Shown: positions 26,804-32,000 of the stretch, in pieces
Numbering within the stretch: position 1 is the first letter of the stretch
Layout of the letters: every line of letters starts with the position of its first letter
Source: Methylorubrum extorquens
GTDB taxonomy: Bacteria > Pseudomonadota > Alphaproteobacteria > Rhizobiales > Beijerinckiaceae
Length of the DNA: 32,000 nt
Assembly (NCBI GenBank): GCA_900234795.1
Contig: LT962688.1
Location: 3,570,001-3,602,000 of the forward strand
Direction: 5' to 3'
Position numbers and translations under genes: made by a program
The notes under the pieces: generated by a model
Seen by the model: the letters and a program-made list of their open reading frames with translations, nothing else
The model's database searches: none
What the model was told of the DNA's origin: nothing

Positions 26804-26869
26804 CGGGCCGCAGGCTTACCTGCCGGCCCGACACTGAATTTCCCCTCTCCCCCAAGCGGGGCGAGGGGA
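26804..26869. terminator. Two GC-rich hairpins between convergent ppa and pyrH
   Basis: At 26804-26830 there is an 11-bp stem with one bulge (cgggccgcagg / cctgccggcccg) and loop ctta. At 26841-26869 there is an 11/12-bp stem (tcccctctcccc / ggggcgagggga) with loop caagc. Both were read directly. Confidence 0.5.
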
Positions 26870-26892
26870 TCCTCCGCGGAAAGCGCCGCTGC

Positions 26893-27615
26893 CTACGGCA
26901 CCACGCGGGTCGAGACCGAAGCGCCCGTCAGGATCGCGTTGATCGAACTCGGGGTGTGCACCGAGCCCACCACGATGGTGAGGCGGCTCTCCCGCGCCAG
27001 AGCGAAGGCGGCGGTGTCCATCACCTTGAGATCGCGGGCGATGGCCTCATCGTGGGTGATACGGTCGTAGCGGATCGCCTCCGGATCGCGCTTCGGATCG
27101 GCCGAGTAGACACCGTCCACCTGTGTCGCCTTCAGCACGGCATCGCAGCGCAGCTCCGCCGCGCGCAGGACCGCCGCCGTGTCGGTGGTAAAATACGGAT
27201 TGCCGGTGCCGCCCGCGAGGACCACGACCTGCCCCTTGTCGAGATGGTGCAGCGCCGGCTGGCGGGCATAGGTCTCGCAGATGGTCGGCATCGACACCGC
27301 CGACATCGTGCGGGCCTGGACGCCCGCGGCATTGAGCGCGGTCTCGATGGCGAGCGAATTCATCACCGTCGCCATCATGCCGAGGGAATCGCCCGTCGCG
27401 CGGTCGATCCAGCCGGCCTGGGAGATGCGCGCCCCACGGATCAGATTGCCGCCGCCGACCACCACCGCGATCTGGATGCCGCGGGAGATCGTGGCCGCGA
27501 TGTCCTCGGCCAGGGCCGCCAGCATCGGCGGATGCAGCCAGAAACCGTCGGGGGCGGCCAGGGCCTCCCCGGAGAGTTTGACGAGGACGCGGCGGTAGCT
27601 TGTCGTCTCCGACAT
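26893..27615 (-). CDS. pyrH: UMP kinase
   Basis: The ORF is 240 aa. Family motifs YRRVLVKLSGEAL, VVVGGGNLIRG and VVVLAGGTGNPYFTTDTAAVLRA are present. Confidence 0.96.
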   Translation of the reverse strand: MSETTSYRRVLVKLSGEALAAPDGFWLHPPMLAALAEDIAATISRGIQIAVVVGGGNLIRGARISQAGWIDRATGDSLGMMATVMNSLAIETALNAAGVQARTMSAVSMPTICETYARQPALHHLDKGQVVVLAGGTGNPYFTTDTAAVLRAAELRCDAVLKATQVDGVYSADPKRDPEAIRYDRITHDEAIARDLKVMDTAAFALARESRLTIVVGSVHTPSSINAILTGASVSTRVVP

Positions 27616-27681
27616 CGAAGATCCTCGTCGTCTCGGGTTCTGGGCGCCGCGGCTTCTAACAAGACGGGGGGCCGAACGTCG

Positions 27682-27711
27682 AGGGGCGACGGCATCGCTG
27701 CCGCCGCCCCT
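27682..27711 (-). other. Hairpin in the tsf-pyrH spacer (12/13-bp stem, loop tcgc)
   Basis: The arms aggggcgacggca / tgccgccgcccct were read directly. The hairpin lies in the 166-nt spacer between the tsf stop and the pyrH start and may be an attenuator or processing site. Confidence 0.4.
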
Positions 27712-27781
27712 GGATGACGACCTGTGAGGATCGGTGACGACTGGAGCCGAGTCAGGCTCTCAAACGTCCCCGCCTGGGCTT

Positions 27782-28702
27782 TTAGCGCGACATGCTCGCG
27801 ACTTCGGCGGCGAAGTCCGGCCCTTCTTCCTTCTCGATGCCCTCGCCCAGCGCGTAGCGGACGAAGCCTTTGATCGCGACCTCGCCGCCGGCCTTGCCCG
27901 CGGCCTCCTTGAGGATCTGCGAGACGGTCTTGGAGCCGTCATGGACGAAGGGCTGCTCCAGGAGGGTGACCTCCTTGTAGTAGCTCTTCAGGCCGCTCTC
28001 GACGATCTTGGCCATCACGTGGTCCGGCTTGCCGGCGTTCTTCTCGCGCAGGATGTTGCTCTCGCGCTCGACCACGGCCTGATCGACGCCCGAGGCATCG
28101 AGCGCGGTCGGGTTGGTGGCGGCGACGTGCATGGCGATCTGGCGGCCGAGCGTGGAGAGGAACTCGACGTCACCCTCGGATTCGAGCGCGACGAGCACGC
28201 CGATCTTGCCGAGGCCTTCGTTGATCTGGCCGTGGACGTAGGAGGCGATCACGCCCTTGCTCACTTCGAGCTTGGCGACGCGGCGCAGGGTCATGTTCTC
28301 GCCGATCGTGGCGATCAGGTTCGAGAGCTTCTCCTGGACCGTCTCGGACGAGCCGGGGAAGGTCGCGGCCTGGAGACCCTCCAGGGTGCCGTCGGTGTTC
28401 AGCGCGAGCTTGGCGGCCTCGCGGGCGAAGGCCTGGAAGCCGTCGTTGCGGGCGACGAAGTCGGTTTCGGAATTCACCTCGACCACCGCGGCGTGGCGGC
28501 CGGCGGACTCGACGGCCACGAGGCCCTCGGCGGCGACGCGGCCGGCCTTCTTGGCGGCCTTGGCGAGACCCTTCTTGCGCAGCCAATCGACCGCCGCTTC
28601 GAGGTCGCCGTTGGTCTCGTTGAGCGCGCCCTTGCAATCCATCATGCCGGCGCCGGTCTTTTCGCGAAGCTCTTTCACGAGTGCGGCGGTGATGTTGGCC
28701 AT
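27782..28702 (-). CDS. tsf: Translation elongation factor Ts
   Basis: It starts [27 protein letters not shown] (UBA-like EF-Ts N-terminus). ATG at 28702 is preceded by a GAGAGGA RBS. The upstream 27 codons of the track ORF are not EF-Ts-like. Confidence 0.96.
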   Translation of the reverse strand: MANITAALVKELREKTGAGMMDCKGALNETNGDLEAAVDWLRKKGLAKAAKKAGRVAAEGLVAVESAGRHAAVVEVNSETDFVARNDGFQAFAREAAKLALNTDGTLEGLQAATFPGSSETVQEKLSNLIATIGENMTLRRVAKLEVSKGVIASYVHGQINEGLGKIGVLVALESEGDVEFLSTLGRQIAMHVAATNPTALDASGVDQAVVERESNILREKNAGKPDHVMAKIVESGLKSYYKEVTLLEQPFVHDGSKTVSQILKEAAGKAGGEVAIKGFVRYALGEGIEKEEGPDFAAEVASMSR

Positions 28703-28810
28703 GGCGATCCTCTCGAGGTCTTGAAGAGCGGGACTTGAAGAGCGGGTCTTCAAGTGAATGAGCCCGGCGCTCTTTGAAAGCACCGGGCTTTGCAGGAAGA
28801 TGACGATCGA

Positions 28811-28835
28811 GCCGCCGGGCGAAAAGCCCGGCGGC
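28811..28835 (-). other. Hairpin downstream of rpsB (10-bp perfect stem gccgccgggc/gcccggcggc, 5-nt loop)
   Basis: Read directly. It lies 12 nt after the rpsB TAA. On the mRNA the loop is UUUUC. No U-tract follows, so a partial terminator or stabiliser role is inferred. Confidence 0.45.
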
Positions 28836-28846
28836 GAACGCGGGAC

Positions 28847-29914
28847 TTAGGCCGCGGAAGCCTCGACGAAGGCGCGGGACTGCTCGACCCAGCCGTCGCG
28901 GGCGAAGCGGCCGTTGAGCTTCAGGTCGGCGTCGAGCTTGGCCACGTCCTCGGGCTGCATCGCGGCGATCTGCCAGTAGTGCCACACGCCGGCATCGTTG
29001 AGCTTCTGCACGAGTTGCGGGCCGACACCGTTGAGCTTGGTCAGGTCGTCCGGCGCACCGCGCGGGGCGGCGAGCTGCTCGAAGTGCTCGGTCGACTCGG
29101 CGAGCGCGGCGACGTCGGCCGGGGCGATCGCGTCGGAGGCCACGGACACCGCGACGTCGTCGTTGGCCGGCGGCAGTTCCTCGGCGGTCGGCTCCTCGGA
29201 GGCGCCGACGTCGAGGCCGAGCGCGCCCTGGCCGCGGCCGATGCCCTCGATCGCCGCGCGGGCGATCAGGTCGCAGTACAGCGCGATGGCGCGGCCGGCG
29301 TCGTCGTTGGCGGGGACGATGTAGGAGATGCCGTCCGGGTTGCAGTTCGTGTCGACGATGGCAGCGACCGGGATGCCGAGGCGCTGGGCCTCCTTGATCG
29401 CGAGCTGCTCCTTGTTGGTGTCGATCACGAACAGCAGGTCGGGCACGCCGCCCATGTCCTTGATGCCGCCGAGCGCCTTCTCGAGCTTGTCCTTCTCACG
29501 GGTCAGCATGAGGCGCTCCTTCTTGGTGAGGCCGACGGCCCCGCCCTCGAGCGTCTCATCGACCTTGCGCAGGCGCTGGATCGAGCCGGAGATGGTCTTC
29601 CAGTTGGTCAACATGCCGCCGAGCCAGCGGGAGTTGACGTAGTACTGGGCCGAGCGCTTGGCGGCCTCGGCGATGGAATCCGCCGCCTGGCGCTTGGTGC
29701 CGACGAACAGCACGCGGCCGCCACGAGCGACCGTGTCGCTCACCGCCTGAAGCGCGGCGTGGAGCGCCGGCACCGTCTGGGCGAGGTCGATGATGTGGAT
29801 GTTGTTACGGGTGCCGAAGATGTAGGGCTGCATCTTCGGGTTCCAGCGGTGCGACTGGTGCCCGAAATGGGCGCCGGCCTCGAGGAGCTGGCGCATAGAG
29901 AAATCGACGGCCAT
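28847..29914 (-). CDS. rpsB: 30S ribosomal protein S2 with a ~125-aa C-terminal extension
   Basis: The N-terminus is canonical S2 ([28 protein letters not shown]), and [10 protein letters not shown] and [36 protein letters not shown] are also present. The start was set by counting 25 codons in from the track ORF start (M26), so allow +/-1 nt. The extension is described in the findings. Confidence 0.93.
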   Translation of the reverse strand: MAVDFSMRQLLEAGAHFGHQSHRWNPKMQPYIFGTRNNIHIIDLAQTVPALHAALQAVSDTVARGGRVLFVGTKRQAADSIAEAAKRSAQYYVNSRWLGGMLTNWKTISGSIQRLRKVDETLEGGAVGLTKKERLMLTREKDKLEKALGGIKDMGGVPDLLFVIDTNKEQLAIKEAQRLGIPVAAIVDTNCNPDGISYIVPANDDAGRAIALYCDLIARAAIEGIGRGQGALGLDVGASEEPTAEELPPANDDVAVSVASDAIAPADVAALAESTEHFEQLAAPRGAPDDLTKLNGVGPQLVQKLNDAGVWHYWQIAAMQPEDVAKLDADLKLNGRFARDGWVEQSRAFVEASAA

Positions 29915-30205
29915 GATTTTTGGTCTCTCCGGTTGATACCGCCGCGGAGGAGTAGCTGGCCAATCGGCCGGCCACCGGAAACGCCCCATTCAGGCATGGG
30001 GCCGGCTCCGCGTGTGGGATGGGCGGGGCGTTAGCAGATGGGAGCGGATGATGCAAGGCGGGGCCGGGACGGCATCAGGCCCATCGCCTGAAAGCAATCG
30101 CCCTCGCTCTTGGTTGGCCTCAGTCGCTGGCGCCCGCCTCCGCGGGCTCAGGCTTTCGCTCCGCTCGATGCTTTTGAGGGCTCACGCGCTGAAAAGCCCG
30201 CTCCG

Positions 30206-30245
30206 CGCGGCGCTCCTCGCGCCGCGAAGCCGCCAATGCGGCTTC
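30206..30245 (-). terminator. Two abutting GC hairpins downstream of the chemoreceptor gene
   Basis: At 30226-30245 the hairpin is gaagccgc-caat-gcggcttc (8 bp). At 30206-30226 it is cgcggcgc-tcctc-gcgccgcg (8 bp). They lie 56-95 nt past the MCP stop and were read directly. Confidence 0.45.
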
Positions 30246-30300
30246 GGGCAATAGTCCTTGTCTCACTCCGTCACCCTGACGAGGCGGTGGCAGCGATGCC

Positions 30301-31971
30301 TCAGGCCGCTCGCACGGTGGCGAGGAAGCGGGACATCTCCGTGTTCAGGCGCTCGGCCTGCTGGGACAGGTCCGACGCCGAGTGCAGCACCTGGGATGCC
30401 GCTGCCCCGGTCTCCTCGGCCGCCGAGGCGACGCCCGCAATGTTGTTCGTCACCTCGGACGTGCCGGTCGAGGCCTGGCCGACATTGCGCACGATCTCCT
30501 GGGTGGCCGCGCCCTGCTCTTCCACCGCCGCCGCGATGCCGGTGGCGACGCCGCTGATCTCACGGATGCGCGTGCTGATGCCGTCGATCGCCGAGACGGC
30601 CTCGCCGGTCGCCCCCTGGATGCGGGCGATCTGGGCCGAAATCTCCTCGGTTGCGCGCGCCGTCTGGTTGGCGAGTTCCTTGACCTCGGCGGCGACGACG
30701 GCGAAGCCGCGCCCGGCCTCTCCGGCCCGTGCCGCCTCGATCGTCGCGTTGAGAGCGAGCAGATTGGTCTGGCCGGCGATGGTCGAGATCAGCGCCACCA
30801 CATCACCGATCCGCGCCGCGGCCTCCGAGAGATCGCGGACCAGGACGACGGTCTGCCCGGCCTCGCCGGCCGCGATTCCGGCGAGTTCGGCCGAGCCGGC
30901 GACCTGCCGCCCAATTTCTTGCACCGAAGCGCCGAGTTCCTCGCTCGCCGCGGCGACCATGCCGACATTGCCGGCGGCCTGCTCGGCGGCCGCGGCCACC
31001 GCGGTCGATTGCGCCGCGGTCTCCGTCGCGATCGCGGTCATGCTCTGCGCGGTGACCTGCAGCTCGGTCGCTGCCGTGGTCACCGTGCCGAGGATACCGC
31101 CGACCGCGCGCTCGAAGCCGTCGGCCATCTCGCGCATGCCGGCCTTGCGCTGCTCTTCCGCCGAGGCGCGGGCGAGTTCGGTTTCCTTTTCGAGCGTACG
31201 GGCCCGCAACAGGTTATCGCGGAAGACGAGGACGGTCGCCGACATCGCCCCGATCTCGTCGCGCCGCTGCGCGAAGGGGATCGGCGCATCAGTGTCGCCG
31301 CCGGCCAGACGGCGCATCGCCGCCGTCATCCGCTCGATCGGGCGCGAGACGCCGACGAAGGAGAAGACCATCGCACCGATCGCCGTCAGCGTCGTGATGC
31401 AGAGCGCGACCAGCGTGACCTTCACCGCCGTCGCCTGCTCAGCGCGGATCGCGGTGTCGGCGACCTTGCTTGCCGCCATGTTGACGTCAACGAGGGCGCG
31501 CGCGGCCTCCGAGGTGGCAAGGTAGCGCGTGTTCATGGGACCGCGGAAATAGGTGAGCGCCTCGTCCTGCTGCTCGGCGGTGAAGGCGCGAAGCCGGTCC
31601 CAATCGGGCTTCGACTGTTCCAGCTTGGCGAGGAGGTCGTCGTAGGTCCGCTGTTCCTCGGGCGAGGAGATCAGCCTGCGATAAGCTTCAACCTTGGCAT
31701 TGCGGTCGCGCATGAAGGCCTTGACCTTCTCGCCGCTCTCCGCCCGCGCGGTCTCGTTCTCGGCCGTCACGTAGCGAAACTGCCAGAGCCGCGTCCGAAT
31801 CACGAACGCGTTGATGCTGTGGGCCTCGTTGATCGACGGGATCGTGGTGTCCAGGATCTCTGACGTCCGCTCGCCGATCGCGTCGAGCTTGACCAGGGCG
31901 AGAACGCCCTGCCCGACGGCGAACAGCAACATGAGCGCGAACAGCCCCATGAGAGTGCGCTTGAGTGTCAT
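30301..31971 (-). CDS. Methyl-accepting chemotaxis protein (4-helix-bundle sensor, HAMP, MCP signalling domain)
   Basis: Two TM segments flank a ~170-aa periplasmic helical domain. A HAMP domain is present ([23 protein letters not shown]...). The invariant signalling hairpin [37 protein letters not shown] is also present. Confidence 0.95.
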   Translation of the reverse strand: MTLKRTLMGLFALMLLFAVGQGVLALVKLDAIGERTSEILDTTIPSINEAHSINAFVIRTRLWQFRYVTAENETARAESGEKVKAFMRDRNAKVEAYRRLISSPEEQRTYDDLLAKLEQSKPDWDRLRAFTAEQQDEALTYFRGPMNTRYLATSEAARALVDVNMAASKVADTAIRAEQATAVKVTLVALCITTLTAIGAMVFSFVGVSRPIERMTAAMRRLAGGDTDAPIPFAQRRDEIGAMSATVLVFRDNLLRARTLEKETELARASAEEQRKAGMREMADGFERAVGGILGTVTTAATELQVTAQSMTAIATETAAQSTAVAAAAEQAAGNVGMVAAASEELGASVQEIGRQVAGSAELAGIAAGEAGQTVVLVRDLSEAAARIGDVVALISTIAGQTNLLALNATIEAARAGEAGRGFAVVAAEVKELANQTARATEEISAQIARIQGATGEAVSAIDGISTRIREISGVATGIAAAVEEQGAATQEIVRNVGQASTGTSEVTNNIAGVASAAEETGAAASQVLHSASDLSQQAERLNTEMSRFLATVRAA

Positions 31972-32000
31972 TGTCCGGAGATGCCTGCGTCGAATTCGGG

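Noticed and set aside
14216-26892. A single clean inversion explaining the frr...lpxD versus pyrH-tsf-rpsB orientation
   Set aside because: One inversion with breakpoints at pyrH|frr and lpxD|fabZ predicts fabZ-lpxA immediately left of frr on the minus strand. Instead an HPP-CBS gene is there, and four unrelated genes separate lpxD from pyrH. I also saw no shared repeat at the two junctions. More than one event is required.
28790-31863. Plus-strand ORFs antisense to rpsB (28790-30034) and to the MCP gene (30110-31525, 30382-31863)
   Set aside because: These are high-GC shadow ORFs of clearly identified minus-strand genes.
1-32000. Searched by eye for CRISPR arrays, IS/transposase or integrase genes, phage genes, toxin-antitoxin pairs, rRNA and tRNA genes
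   Set aside because: I saw no regularly spaced direct repeats with unique spacers, no DDE or tyrosine-recombinase-like ORFs and no structural RNA signatures. The window is essentially core chromosome, with the modest exceptions listed under findings.

Overview
This is a high-GC (roughly 70%) chromosomal window that looks alphaproteobacterial. The Hyphomicrobiales/Methylobacterium-like origin is an inference from gene content and codon bias, not a search result. I support 25 protein-coding genes and found no rRNA, tRNA, CRISPR array, transposase or integrase. Left to right: (1) the 3' part of a secreted 5'-nucleotidase-family protein with RTX repeats and a 6x ~38-aa C-terminal repeat array; (2) a putative outer-membrane beta-barrel gene, followed by the largest non-coding gap of the window (3472-4169), which holds a ~200-bp 46%-GC island; (3) a co-directional minus-strand locus of LysR regulator, SDR dehydrogenase, two-subunit transketolase, DctP and fused DctQM TRAP transporter; (4) a UbiH/COQ6-family hydroxylase and an HPP+CBS membrane protein; (5) the conserved envelope/translation block frr-uppS-cdsA-dxr-rseP-bamA-lpxD on the plus strand; (6) a two-gene minus-strand operon (CX5R Cys-phosphatase plus a WcbI-like protein) where fabZ-lpxA would normally follow lpxD, then a divergent GNAT gene and ppa; (7) pyrH-tsf-rpsB on the minus strand, in the opposite orientation to frr; (8) a methyl-accepting chemotaxis protein. 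Most of the window is ordinary core genome. The items most worth follow-up are the kinase-less SDR/split-transketolase/TRAP locus, the phosphatase/WcbI-like pair beside lpxD, the broken rpsB-tsf-pyrH | frr synteny, the ~125-aa C-terminal extension on ribosomal protein S2, and the AT-rich island with nearby unannotated small ORFs. The many long ORFs antisense to real genes are high-GC artefacts. Start codons were refined by counting codons from the supplied ORF track and checking RBS-like purine runs, so exact starts may be off by a codon or so.
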